From NCBI RefSeq assembly GCF_006345805.1, contig NC_043004.1:86986001-87050000 (forward strand): a stretch of 64,000 nucleotides of DNA, in the 5' to 3' direction. A program made the position numbers and the translations under genes. Under the pieces are notes generated by a model, which did no database searches, had not been told where the DNA came from, and worked only from the letters and a program-made list of their open reading frames with translations. Shown here one piece after another: positions 11,032-24,056 of the stretch (the first letter of the stretch is position 1; each line of letters starts with the position of its first letter). This DNA is from Octopus sinensis. Lineage: Eukaryota.

Positions 11032-11910
11032 TGTAGTACTTGAAGCAGTTGGAGCAATTGTAAACACGAGACCTATGCATTGGTATGATGTGTTGAAAGC
11101 TTGAAATATTTTCTATTAGGGAGATCTTTCATGCAAGAGAATAACCCTCAGCCTTGGCAATTCATCCTTTTCAAAGGATTTTGATGTTTCCAAAATGAGC
11201 TTCTCAGATGACTGCCATATAGGGCCTCCTATTATTACAATATGATTTCATTGTGAGGGTCTAATAAAACTCAAACCTCTTCAGAGTTGTCTCCTGTATA
11301 TTGGCAAAAATATTATTCAATAGTGGAGTTGCAATCGATTTTAATTTTGAAATAATTGTTCCTAACAATAGGGCATGTGACTGTTTTGCAGAGTAGACTG
11401 TGCCATACATGGAGTTATTGGATCAAGTCCCCTCTTTGTACTTGTGGCTTTGATTTTGAATGCTTTGATTGCATATCCTTTCCACCGATAACTATGCTAT
11501 GAACATGGAATTTCATGTTTTTGTAAGGAGTTGAATTTGGTAATAGTGTTATGCTAAGTCAACTAAGAATTTGAAATTCTAATTGTGAGAGTAATGGTTT
11601 ATGACTAATTCTATTGTATGAGATATTGTTATCCAGAATGCGTTTCAGCGAAAGTGTGATCTAAACCTATTATCAATTAATGCCAACTAACGCTTCAAGT
11701 CATTGATAGAAGCATATTTGTTTGATTTTTGTCTTCTGATATTGATGCATGATGTCTTGCTCTTCATTTTCTCGGTATACTGACAATAAGGGTTGTTTGT
11801 GGTCTTTGTATAAGTGGCATTTGGGTTGAGATTTGGTGAAATTTTTTTTTCATGCAAGGCAGATGTTAGCTAAGTCATCATTGTCATCATTTTCATCATC
11901 ATTATTATTA

Positions 11911-12128
11911 AGGTGGCAAGCTGGCAGAATTGTTAGCACGCCGGACAAAATGCTTAGCATCATTTCATGTCTTTTGGGTTCAAATTCCACTGAGGTCGAC
12001 TTTGCCAGTCATCCTTTTGGGGTCAATAAATTAAGTACCAGTGAAACACTGGGTTTGATATACTTGACTAATCCTCTTCCTCAAAATTTCAGGCCTTGTG
12101 CCTTTAGTAGAAAGGATTATTATTATTA
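11911..12128 (+). mobile_element. SINE family B (tRNA head plus TTTGCCTTTCATCCTTTTGGGGTCRATAAA central domain, Meta-domain-like)
   Basis: Shared head, central domain and (ATT)n tail with 20755, 22101 and 23837. The Meta-domain resemblance is from recollection. Confidence 0.8.
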
Positions 12129-14477
12129 TCATCCAACATCTGTTTTTCCATGCTGGCTGTACATTATTTCATTGCATTTATTGCACATAAAGTTCTTTGC
12201 AGAGCATTTTTCATCTTTTCTATGTCAAAAACACTATTCTTGAATGCTGCAACTATGGAAGCCTTTGCTGCTGAATGTGTAGATCAGTTTAACATCATTG
12301 ATAGCTAATTCTGTTATCGTTGCCATCTTCTATGGAATCTTGAGAACTTTTGAGAAAGCATGTGACTGTGTGTCTGAGTTTAATGTTGACCAACAAAAGG
12401 AGTTGGTCCTTACGTTGGTCAGCAGCAGGGGAATCAGTGTGGTATTTCATTGTGAGAAGTTGGAGATTATCCATGAAAGAGTCACTGCTTTCCTTTTTGG
12501 CTTGTTTTCATAAGCTGAGTTTGTGATGCATCATTGTAGCAAATGATTTCTGAAAGCAATTTGCCTAAAGTCTATAAATTGCAATATAGTACAATCATGT
12601 ACTATAGGAAGGCAGCTGAACCACACACACACACACACACAAAAAAAAAACTAGGACTTCCAGTTTGTTATTTTTAGAAGTTGTTGTCTTTCACATAAAA
12701 ATCTCCATTCTTTTAATATTAATGCAGCTGCAACAACTTGGAGAATAAGTGAATTAAACTTTAACATGTTAGAAATGTAGAAAAGGATATATAGAGATAA
12801 CAATATACATATATATTATACATAAAACTATACATATCAAGCTTTTTTATGTACCACCACAGAGAGTGGGAGAGTGGCAGAATAGTTGGCATGTCAGCAG
12901 AAATACTTTATGGTATATCTACCAGCTCACTACATTCTGAGTTCAAATCCCATTTGCCTCGAGAAGGTAATGGGAAGCCATTCCAATATTCATCCCAAGT
13001 TTAGTCATGGTAGTTGAAGTTCCAGGAATTTATTTAATGACAGCAGGGGAGGGTATGATCCCTCTCAGGTCTTTTAGGGGGTACTGGAGAAGGTTCACAT
13101 GTACAAGATTTGCCCAAGAGTAGACCACCTCAAAGGTAGCACTTATCTGGCCAAAGTGGTACAATATTTCAAACTAATCAAACTAAAGTGTGTGCCACTG
13201 GGGCAGCTTTTCAGTTTGCTGTTCTCATAAAAGTGCCGCCTGGGGCAGATCACCCACCTCTAGCTACACTAGTGCTTCTTAGAAAGGTTGTGAATACAAA
13301 ATTAAAACTGAATAGTTACTTTTGCATAGATAAGTAACATTTCAAATTAATAATAATGTAATCATTTTATTAACAACATTAATTAAAGTAATATGTACAT
13401 AAGTGTTTATAGGAAATGTGGTAGACATGTTGGTGTTTATAAGCTATTGGTGTGGTTCATGTGTTACACTTGTGTTTCTGAATTAGTTTCATTTTAGGCA
13501 CACATGCAGTATTAATAGAAAAAAAAATATAGGAAATCTAGAAAAGAAAATGTGGTTGTAAGGAACCAGAATAGAGATATGGTGAATTGATTTTTCATTT
13601 AGCTTAAATGTGTATTGTTTTTAAGACAGCTGAAACTGTGAGTGAACAAACAACCAATTCTGTTCTATGGTGTCATTCTGCTGAGCAATGGTTCATAAAA
13701 GAGTGAACTAATGGCTTGGGGGTGGGGGAGGCAGACAGACAGACATCAACTTGCTACTATTCTGACTAGGCCAAGAGAGAACATAAAGTACAACAGTTGC
13801 CTAGTGAAAGAGATTCTTTTAAGTTTGCCTTCCAGAATATTGATCTGTGATTGGTTAATAGATCTAGTGAAGAAATGGGGAAATACCAAAATGTCACCTG
13901 TCATATGAGGGGGGTCACCATAGGAAAAAAAAATGAGGGCTCAGATATAATAAAAAATTAAGATAAAGAGGGCAAAGAGTAATATGTCAATGAAAACAAA
14001 GTGTACCAACAAACTGAATAAATTATAAATAATAAAACCTTTAATTAGATTCTCCAGTTTTTTTTTCTAATGTTTAAATAGCTTTTATACAGTATTTTGT
14101 TTACATTCATAACAAGGATTATTGAGTGGCAGTGGAAAGTTCCAAGGGGACATTGAAGGAAAGTGGGGCAATTATGGGGTAGCGATTCATGTAAGAACAA
14201 CAAAATGATGGGTTCATTAGGTTAAGTTTTATTTGTGAAATACATTCGCTTTGAATTTGCTTCAGAAAGAAGTCAATGTTTGTGATGGTTAGTTGGGGTG
14301 GGGGTGTTAGAAATGTTGCCTGGGTGTCAAGGGGGCGGCAGCCCAAAATAGTTTGGGAACCACTGCTCTATATGATCACTCAATCTGCTAGAAACAACAG
14401 CTAAATCTCTCAAATTAGAACTTATAAATGTTAAAAAAAAAAAAGATGCACTGGATAATGTAGTTCCATTTTTATCA

Positions 14478-14823
14478 TTTATCCTTTACTTCTCTTAGTT
14501 ATTAGACTGTGGAATTGGTGTGAAGAATTTTAGTTGAATGAATCAGCCCCAGTACTTTTTTTTAAGATTGGTACTTATTCTACCAGTCTCTTTTGCCAAA
14601 CTGCTAAGATTGATTGTCAAGCAGTGATGGGTGACAAACACTTACACACACACACACACCTGACGGACTTCTTTCAGTTACTGTCTATTCAATTTGTTCA
14701 CAAGGCTTTGGTTGGCCTGAGGCTATAGTAAAAAGCACTTGCTCATGATACCACACAGTGGGACTGAACACAGAACTATGTGATTGGGAAGGAAACTTCT
14801 TACTACACAGCCATGCTGGCACT
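14478..14823 (-). mobile_element. SINE family A inserted into an older unclassified repeat
   Basis: Family A motifs; the flanks (14372-14465, 14835-14925) are two halves of the repeat seen at 22320 and 57970. Confidence 0.7.
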
Positions 14824-15170
14824 TGTGTACTATACCTTAGAAAAAGATAATGTGGTCATGGCTAGAACACCTTTGTTCATAGGCCTGTTCAAATGAGAAT
14901 GACCTGTGGCTCTACATGAAGCTATTGCTTCAGAATGTAGATAATTGTAAATAATTAGACAGGGGATTTTTTTTTTTTTTTGTTACTATGACAAAACTGG
15001 TTTTCTTTTTCTGTTAGGAACTGATGTCTTATGTTGATAAGATAACATGGAAACTTGCTTTGATAACTCTTTAATTCTCATTGTTCTTAAAGGAGATAAT
15101 TAAAAAAAAAAGAGAAAAACAAAAAGTAATTCTAATTGAGAAAGTAATAAGTGATTACACACACACACAC

Positions 15171-15224
<54 letters not shown>

Positions 15225-15953
15225 CATGTCAGATTCAGCAAATTTAGCAATCTCCGAAAGTTAATTGAAAAGACTTAAGGTAATGGGTTTAATAATAAAT
15301 AAAAAAAAAATGATTATTGTTCTGGAAATTTCATTTCATGTCATTGACCAAACTAGATGCCTTCTCAACTTGAATCAGAATTATACACAAGAACAGTTTT
15401 ATTTAAAGTGTCTACCACATAAAACATGTTTGTACATGAATAAGTCTAAAGGTATTATTAGTACTGCTTTAATTACATACACAGCATTACTTAATTAGCC
15501 AGAAGAAAGTGATAAAGGGAAGCAGATTATAGTTGTGACCAACTTCTCAGACTTTGATGTGTTGCAGTGTAGCATTAAATAAAACTTGAGTAGCCTTATT
15601 CAGTTTATTAAACTGTGATAGTAAGAGCTTCGCTGTCATTATACTTCTATCCTCGCTTGTCACTGGTGTTTGATTAAAAAAAAAAAAACCACTGTGCTAG
15701 ATAAATTGGTGATAAATGAATAACACTTAGAAATTTTTTCTGTTTTGTTTTTGGTCAGTAAGTGTTTTTTCCTCTTTGCTTCTAACTAGAAATCAAAGGT
15801 AATGACTACTATTCCCTTCAAACTTTGCTTTTGCGACCTGGACATCAATGTTTTGAAACTGACCTATTTTCCATTACATTTCAAACAGATTCAGCACGGA
15901 GTCGCTGAGGCAGAAATATCATTATAGGAAATATTCTGCTTAATAGCACAGAT

Positions 15954-16931
15954 ATCATCATCATCATCGTTTAACGTCCGCTTTCCATGCTAGCATGGGT
16001 TGGACGGTTCAACTGGGGTCTGGCAAGCTCGAAGGCTGCACCAGGCCAGTCAGATCTGGCAGTGTTTCTACAGCTGGATGCCCTTCCTAACGCCAACCAC
16101 TCCGAGAGTGTAGTGGGTGATTTTATGTGCCACCGACACAGGTGCCAGGCGAGGCTGGCAGACGGCCATGCTCGGATGGTGTTTTTATGTGCCACCGACA
16201 CAGGTGCCAGACGAGGCTGGCAGACGGCCACGCTCGGATGGTGTTTTTATGTGCCACCGACACAGGTGCCAGACGAGGCTGGCAGACGGCCACGCTCGGA
16301 TGGTGTTTTTATGTGCCACCGACACAGGTGCCAGACGAAGCTGGCGAACGACCACACTCGGATGGTGTTTGTTACGTGCCCTCAGCACGGAGGCCAGTCG
16401 ATGCGGTACTGGCTACGGTCACGCTCGGATGGTTTTCTTATGTGCCACCGGCACTGGTACCACAAGGATACAAATTCCATTGATGTTCATCGATTTAGAT
16501 TTGGTTTGATTTGATTTGATTTCATTTGATTGATTTTGATTGATTTTCACTTGCCTCAACAGGTCTTCACAAGTGTCACAAGAAGGAAGGTATGCACAGG
16601 TGGACTGACTACGTCCCAGGTAGGGGCCACGGGTTATGGCTTCACTAGTCTTGCCGGGTCTTCTCACGCACAGCATACTTCCATAGATCTCGGTCTCTAG
16701 TCATTTCCATGGTGAGACCTAACGTTTAAAGGTCGTGCTTCACCACCTCGTCCCAGGTTTTCCTAGGTCTACCTTTTCCATGGGTTCCCTCAACTGCTAG
16801 GGATTGGCACTTTCTCACACACCTATCTTCATCCATTCTTGCCACATGACCATACCAGCGCAATCGTCTCTCTTGCACACCACAACTGATGCTTCTTAGG
16901 TACAACATTTCTCTCAAGGTACTAACGCTCT
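15954..16931 (-). mobile_element. Young 5'-truncated RTE LINE
   Basis: ORF 16726-16917 (QERRLRWYGHVARMDEDRCV...GRPRKTWDEVV) is an RTE ORF2 C-terminus; long 3' UTR; (GAT)n tail; CpGs retained. Confidence 0.9.
16125..16465. repeat. 62-66-bp minisatellite (5 units plus a partial) inside the RTE 3' UTR
   Basis: Unit starts at 16125, 16187, 16249, 16311, 16374 and 16440. Confidence 0.95.
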
Positions 16932-17447
16932 CCCTTAGTGGTTGACAATATGTGCATCTCCAATCATGAGCATGAGTAGAGGGGGATCATCATAGCCATG
17001 TGTTGAAAGGAATTCTTTGGGGTTTGAATAAATGTAGTAAAAGCAAAGTTTGAAGGAAATATTAACCATTCTTCATACTTTCTAGGGATAAGCAAATAGG
17101 AAATAATAGTTGCTACTCAAGGGTAAAATTCATGTTACTCAGTGTAATTGAACTTGTAGGGAAAATAAGTTTCATTCCAAGACCTCAAGTTAACCTGAGC
17201 ATTGTGGATGGTCACTGAGGCATGCTGCTGCAGTCCAAGCAAAAGTTTCAACTGATTGTTGACTTGTGTTATCATAGATCAATCCATGATAAGCGTAACA
17301 TGGTTCACAATTGAATGTACCATATTATCCCAGATCAATGATGAATGAATCTGTGATAAATTAAGTTAGATGTACTTGTTGTTCAGCTAATCCTAATCTA
17401 GCAGAGCTTTGATCAAAAGCATAACAGCTATGATTATCCCATACTGT

Positions 17448-17671
17448 TTAACCCTTTCATTACCAACCCGGCTGAAACCGGCTCTGGCTCTGAGTACAAA
17501 TGTCCTGTTTTCATAAGTTTTGAATTAAAATCTTTCACCAAACCTTAGTCACAATAAATGTTCCTAACACTGGCTGAATGATAACCAAGTTATTTTACTA
17601 AATTCTTTGTTATATTTAAAGTAATTGAAAGAAACAGAGAGCATCTCAAAATAAATACAGTAATGAAAGGG
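17448..17671. mobile_element. piggyBac-type MITE family 1
   Basis: TTAA-CCCTTTCATTAC ... GTAATGAAAGGG termini (right TTAA missing); inverted copy at 20470. Confidence 0.75.
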
Positions 17672-20469
17672 AGTGTATCTATATTATCCAACATGTCCAC
17701 TTAATTAAGATAGTAGGTTGTGGTTTGAGGGAGTTTTGGCTGGTGTTTTTAGCATTTTGATTGGCCATGTGGAGGTTCTTCCTTGGTTTGTATCTTGTTT
17801 CTTATTTGTAAATATTGGATTTCTAAGAAAGCTACAACATAGAAATATTATGATTAAATGAAATAAATTTGCTTAAATGGCCAATAATTTATTAATTTTA
17901 TTTATTCAGTTTATGAGGTAGATGAAGAAATTTATTTAGTAACTTTCTTTTTGGTAAATTAATGGGGAATCTTTTAGAAAATCTAATTTGTTCAATATAA
18001 ATTCATTATATTTAACATCTACTGTGATACATTTTTTTTTTCAAAACAAAAGAAATTAAATTCCCTTTTAATGTATTTAAAATATATTGCATATATTGCA
18101 TAAGTCACTGGATTAAATTATTTTCCTAAGCAAATAAAAATATATTATTACAAATGCATATATCTGAAAGCAATAGGTCATTCAACAATTTCAATAACAG
18201 TATGAATATTACAGTAGCTATGATGCTAAAACAGAATAGCTATTGAATGGAAGGATTTTTAGATAACAAAGCAATAAACAGTATATGTTGTTGTTGCAAT
18301 AAAGCATCTAAAGATCATGTGAATTCTAAGAATTCAAATGCTTTTTAAAAGTACAAGCATTGATCATGTATTGGTAGAATTTAGGATTTTCTGCAGTGCT
18401 CTAATCAATAGAAGGTTCTTAGCATAAAACTGGAAACTCGTGTTTCTTAAAATAGTACTTGCAATACTGAAAACTGGACTCTGCCAGGAAAAACAACTGA
18501 AAAAGATAAAACCTCTACTGACATTGAAGTTATTAGTTGTACTTTTTCCTAACTGTGTTAAGCTGTAGATATTTTTTTCAGTTTTGGTAAGACAGAAAAT
18601 ATTAGTGTAGTGAATAAAAGATGAGAACCGTTAAACATTTACATAGAAACTACCATTTTTATTTCTATGAGTTGATAAATAATAATCTGTTATGTTTATT
18701 TATAATAATTTTGATGTTGGTTTTAAGGTTAAAATACTGCAATACATACAGACTGGAGTGTAAAGCTAAAACTTTCTTACACTTGTCCCACTCTGTGAAA
18801 CACAATTTGAGTCAATGAGAAGCCTCTGTGTTTGTTGCTTGCCCTACTAGAGATAGCAGCAAAAGCTTCCTGAAATTGCACCCAACCATCTATAAAAATT
18901 AAGGATGTTCAAGATAATGTAACCCTATGTACACTATGGTTAAAAATAAGATGGGTTGGTTATAGCTGGAATGCTTTTGACTGCAGGTCTTAGTCATCTG
19001 TGGGTTGGTGGGTTGAAGGATACAAGTTACATAATCAGTTTTAACCCACAGATAATATGCAAATTTTTAATTTTGCAAAAACCATCTTCTGCTTCCTCTG
19101 TGTTTTCTGGAAAATTGTAAGTAAAACAGTTGTAAAAGACAATTATAGCAATTTAAGTGTTAACTGAAACAAATAGGACCTACTATTAATCTATTTGAAG
19201 GTTCCATGCTTTTTCATATTGTCTCTTTTGGTGTTGTCTTTCATGAAATTTTGTTCTTGTTTGCTAATAGTTAATTCATTGAACAGAAATTTGTAGGTTT
19301 ATTACATCAACTTATTTCTGAGAAACTCCTTCATGTCTAGCCAAGACATTAAAGATCTTACTAGAACATTCTCTGTGCAGTTTATTGTCTTATTCCAGTG
19401 AAACTCCATGTGCTATTAACTGATATTGCTTGCTTGATATACAAGCTGTATTATGATGTCAGCAATTAGCGTGCTAATGTGATGTCATTAAGTCATGATT
19501 ATTTCTTTTCTTTGACCTACTAGTTGGTCAATATTGGCCAAGGTTTAGTCCTTATGTGAAACTGTAGTGAAAGATAGATTTTCGAAAAGTTTCCTGTAAG
19601 TTAAATAAGGTTTCTCATGTAGTTCCATTTTAAAAATTATTTCTTTCAGTTAAAGATAATCACAATATGAATAATAATCAAAATATTTCTTTAAGAACTA
19701 TGGCCATTGACATCATAGTTATCAAATATCTTAATGTTATTGTATTGACAGTATTTACTAAAATTAGATCTTTCTTCTGTTGCTATTTTCAGTAAATATA
19801 AGGCCTTCACATCATGATTAGCTTAAGAAAGAACAAAATGATACTTTGTCAGGAATTTTCAATAAAACTTGGTGAATAAGCTATTTCAGTCGTTCATGAA
19901 AGAGATGACTCTCATTCTATTTACTCATGAAAACTTTTGCTAAATTCATAAATTATTTTGGGTTCTTTATAGTCTAGGAATTATGCTGATTTTGCAATCC
20001 ATAAAGCTAATTTTTACTGTTTTTAAAATGCTTTAGTAGCAATACATGTGGTCCTTTTCTTTTTTTCTTATTTTAGAAAGTGAAGTTGCAGGACATCAGT
20101 AATTTTAATTTAAATGTTAATTTATTTTTGTATGCTAAAATGGCTTGGACAGGTTTGCAATACAGCAATACAGTGTCTCTCCATTAATCTTAATTTTATT
20201 GTCTCTAATGTGAAATCCAGAATTTTCAAGACTGGCTTAATCACCTCTACTAAGTCATTCATTGTCTAGCTCTACCAAAAGTGCCATATTCCCAGGGTTG
20301 TGGAGTTGATAAACAAAACCTCTGATCTGACTCCCCAATTTATCGTACCACTGACCTTTGAGTCTTGTATTTGTAATGAGACTCTTGTTTTGATTCAAAG
20401 CACACGACATACAAGGCCACTGTTAATCATCAAGTTACTTTTTAGTACCATAACCTGTTGAGGTTAGCG

Positions 20470-20703
20470 TTAACCCTTTCATTACCGTATTTATTTTGAG
20501 ATGCTTTGTGTTGTGTTTCTCTCAGTTATTTTAAATATAACAAAGAATTTAGTAAAATAACTTCATTATCATTAAGCTAGTGTTGGGAACATAAATTGGG
20601 ACTAAGGTTTGATGGAAGATTTTAATTCAAAACTTATGAAAACAAGACATTTGTACTACAGAGCCGCAGCTGGTTTCAGCCAGGTTGGTGACGAAAGGGT
20701 TAA
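20470..20703. mobile_element. piggyBac-type MITE family 1 with intact TTAA target-site duplication
   Basis: TTAA|CCCTTTC...GAAAGGG|TTAA; reverse complement of 17448-17671. Confidence 0.85.
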
Positions 20704-20754
20704 AGGTTATAATTATGCTGTTGTGGCATTATTTTTGTTTTGTTTATTATAATG

Positions 20755-20978
20755 AAGGCAGAGAGCTGACAGAATCCTTAGTATGCTGAACAAATGCTTG
20801 GCAGCATTTCTTTTGGCTTTACATTCTGGGATGAAATGCCACTGAGGTTGACTTTGTCTTTCATCTTTTCGGGGTCAATAAAATAAGTACTAGTTGAGCA
20901 CTGGGGTTGATGTGATTGACTTAACCTCTCCCACTAAAATTGCTGGTTTTGTGTAAAAATTTGTAACTGTTATTTATT
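20755..20978 (+). mobile_element. SINE family B
   Basis: Aligns to 11911-12128. Confidence 0.8.
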
Positions 20979-21434
20979 AAGTTACTCACAATTAAGTCCA
21001 AACATTCAAAATTAAAAACAAAGTGGCTGTTTTTATTAAGACTATTAAAGTTGATATAAAAGAAATAAACTACAAAAATATGATAAAAAGAAAATGAAGA
21101 ACATGTTTGTTCATCAATTCAAAACTCTAAAGTACATAAAAGTTAAAATGATAAGGTTGAACACCTGAAGCAATTTAAAGACTGTTTTAAAAGAAATAGA
21201 ATCAATTAGATACATACTTTTCAAGAATTAAAGCATTGTTTGAATATAAAGTTGTGCCTAATTATGAAAGATTACATTAAATGAATTATTTATAGTGTAA
21301 AAGACTGAAAAGTTGTGTTCAACTCTATAGAAACATTGTATTTTTGAGTTAAATAAAATAAAAAAATCAAAATTCCAAATTCACTAACATCTTAATGGAA
21401 TTACTTCTACTTAAATCTTCCTTCATAGAAGTCC

Positions 21435-21663
21435 TTAACCCTTTTGATACCAACCCACCTGTGACCACCTGTGTTTCTATGATACAAACTTCCTATTTTA
21501 AGGTGATTGAAATTTAAAATCTTACATAAAAATGTCATGTTCATTTAAATTCTCAACATTAGCTTAATTGTGTCAGTTATTTCACCAAATTCTTCACTAG
21601 TTTCAAAATTAATTGAAATGAACAGTGCGTATTTCAACAGAAATATGCAAATGAAAGGGTTAT
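21435..21663. mobile_element. piggyBac-type MITE, diverged relative of family 1
   Basis: TTAACCCTTTTGATACCAACC ... ATGAAAGGGTTA. Confidence 0.7.
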
Positions 21664-22100
21664 ATCTGATTTGATTTCAATGCAAAATTGCCCTCAAGTC
21701 TGATTTTGTAGCCCTGCATGTTTCATTTTTTTCTATTTGGTGATTTATTTCCATTAGCTGTTGCTACAAATGAGACCCACTTCCTCTCTAAAGATACTTA
21801 TGAATCAAATCAAATGTATTTTTTAATCTTCACCAACAAGAGATTTTATATAGAGAGATTAATATTTTATTTTTATTCCTTGATGTAAAATATATAACAT
21901 CTTTGTAATCTAATCTGCTCGTGCCAGTTCATGGAAATGGTAGTGAATCTCTCTAAACATTTTCTAATTCATCATCTTTCATTGTTGGTCATTTACTTTG
22001 AATATTAGACCCTGAAAAAAGTGGTATCACCTCAACTGTAGGAATAGTATTCCATATTGGGAAATATTTTACTTTGAGAAATGTTATAAAGAATATGGTG

Positions 22101-22312
22101 AAGGCAGCAAGCTGGCTGACTTGTTAACATGTTGACAAAATGCTAAGTAGCATTTCATCTATGTTTTCAGTTCAAATTCCACCAAGGTTGACTTTGCCTT
22201 TCATCCTTTTGGGGTTGATAAAATAAGTACCAGTCAAGTACTGGAATTGATTTATCAACTTATCCCCTCCCCCAAAATTGCTGGCCTTGTACCAAAATTT
22301 GAAATTATTATT
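22101..22312 (+). mobile_element. SINE family B
   Basis: Aligns to 11911-12128. Confidence 0.8.
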
Positions 22313-22319
22313 AAGTGGT

Positions 22320-22500
22320 TAGATATTGTTTAGTCCCAGGTTAGATCTGTTTGAGCAGAACTACTGTAAAGGCATTCTGGTCATGATTACTTAGATGTAC
22401 AATCTAGGATAAGACTGTCCATGTCCTTTCTTTTTAAAGACAGCCAACGACGTTTGGCTGCTATTTCTTGCAAGGAAAATAACTGTATAGGTTCTCTTGT
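22320..22500 (+). repeat. Unclassified ~200-bp dispersed repeat (other copies ~14372-14925, ~17365-17780, ~18820-19015, ~42235-42400, ~57970-58165)
   Basis: Shared motifs CCCAGGTYAG..TGA..AGCAGA..TATGA..AAGGCATTC..GYCATGA and TTGGYTGCTATTTCTAG. Confidence 0.55.
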
Positions 22501-22736
22501 TACTCATGGTGCTTTCAGATTTTGTTACTGGTGCTAGTGAATCCAACCATGTATGGATAGGGAGATTCTTGAAGCTGGGAGATGTTTGTGGGAATAGGTA
22601 AATGGAAAATAACTACAAATAACAGACAGTTATTTTACTGTATTGTGTTTACTGGGACTTGAACCTGTGGTGTAGTCAAAGTTTTTTGAGGATGGGTGCT
22701 TACTGTGGTACTTGCCAACCATTTCTACTCCCCTAA

Positions 22737-23165
22737 TCATCATTATCATCATTGTTTTAACATCCACTTTTCTATGCTTGCATGGGTTGGAAAGAAGTTA
22801 TTAAAGCAAATTTTCTCTGCAGCCTGATACCATTCCTGATGCCAAGCCTTACTTGTTTCCAAGCAACATAATATTTTCTCATGACCAGACATATTTTCAC
22901 AGAATGTTGGAAATGAGTGTCACTGCTTGTATGATAGTGACATATATTAATTTATAGCAATCACCCAGTGTAAAGACATAAACATACACATCTATCTATA
23001 AAAAGCACCTAGTACACTCTGTGGAGTGGTTGGTGTTGGGAAGGGATCCAGCCATAGAAACCATGCCAGAACAGACAATGGAGCCTGGTGCAGCTGCTGG
23101 CCTTACCAGCTCAAACCTATGCCTGCATGGAAAATGGATGTTAAATGATGAGTGTAATGATGATG
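22737..23165. mobile_element. Two short RTE-tail-related fragments in opposite orientation
   Basis: (CAT)n-TTTAACATCCACTTT at 22737 (minus) and CATGGAAAATGGATGTTAAATGATGA at ~23130-23165 (plus). Confidence 0.6.
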
Positions 23166-23836
23166 ACCGATGTCTTTCATTTTCTATGTAGATCTCTGCC
23201 CAGAAGGCTTTGGTTAACTCTGGGCTGTAGCAAAAGACACTTGGCCAATGTGCCATACATAGGAACTAAACCTGAAACCATGTAGTTGGGAAGCAAAGCC
23301 TAGTATCCCCTTGGAAAAACCATGCATATCACAACTATTAGTCTAGCACACACTGAAGTCAATAAAACTGATTTGTTGACAGATACCTCTAATCCTAAAT
23401 ATCCTTATTACTTTTTATACACAAGTCTTAATCTGTTGCCCAGTTTGCTACCAACATATGGCTCTTGGGTGTGTTTAGCAGAGTCCACTCTGTTGTAAGC
23501 AAGGTCTTATATTTGAAAATAACCTCAAAAGCTCTGGTTTATTTCACTCTCCTCCATCACTCTTGGACTCCTTGTAATTGGAATGAGATGATTGAGCACA
23601 ACAGTAAGGATGCTGGTGATTTAGCATGGCTGACTGGACATTGAACTTGTTCCTATTTTAGTGATACTACTTTTGGCACTGGAGACAATATATCTTAATA
23701 CTTCTTTCCCTTCTCAATATTTCTGTTCATAGGACCAAAATGTAAATTCACTATTAGTTTTACTTTATTAAAGATGTGCAGAAATCCATTGTGTAAACAT
23801 TTTGTTTTTGCATATTTCATCAATATTTTACTAGCC

Positions 23837-24056
23837 AAGGAGGTGAGCTGGCAGAATTGTTAGCACACCAGGTGAAACAATTAGTGGTATTTTGTCTGTT
23901 TTCAAGTTCTAAGTTCAAATTTTGCTGAGGTCACCTTTGACTTTTATCCTTTTGGAGTTGATAAAATAATTACCAGTTGAGTACTGGGTTGATATAACTG
24001 ACTTATCCTCTCCCTGGAAATTGCTGGCCTTGTGCCAAAATTTGAAACCAATATTT
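23837..24056 (+). mobile_element. SINE family B
   Basis: Aligns to 11911-12128. Confidence 0.8.

Noticed and set aside
11050-12560. Possible decayed LINE coding remnants on the minus strand
   Set aside because: Only vague motif similarity.
14340-14370. hAT/Charlie-like terminus (GTTTGGGAACCACTG)
   Set aside because: No matching opposite terminus or transposase was found.
15971-16514. Overlapping ORFs with repeated peptides, and a CRISPR-like appearance of the repeat array
   Set aside because: The ORFs are translations of the 62-bp minisatellite. The variable segments are homologous to each other rather than unique spacers, there are no cas genes, and the context is a eukaryotic LINE 3' UTR.
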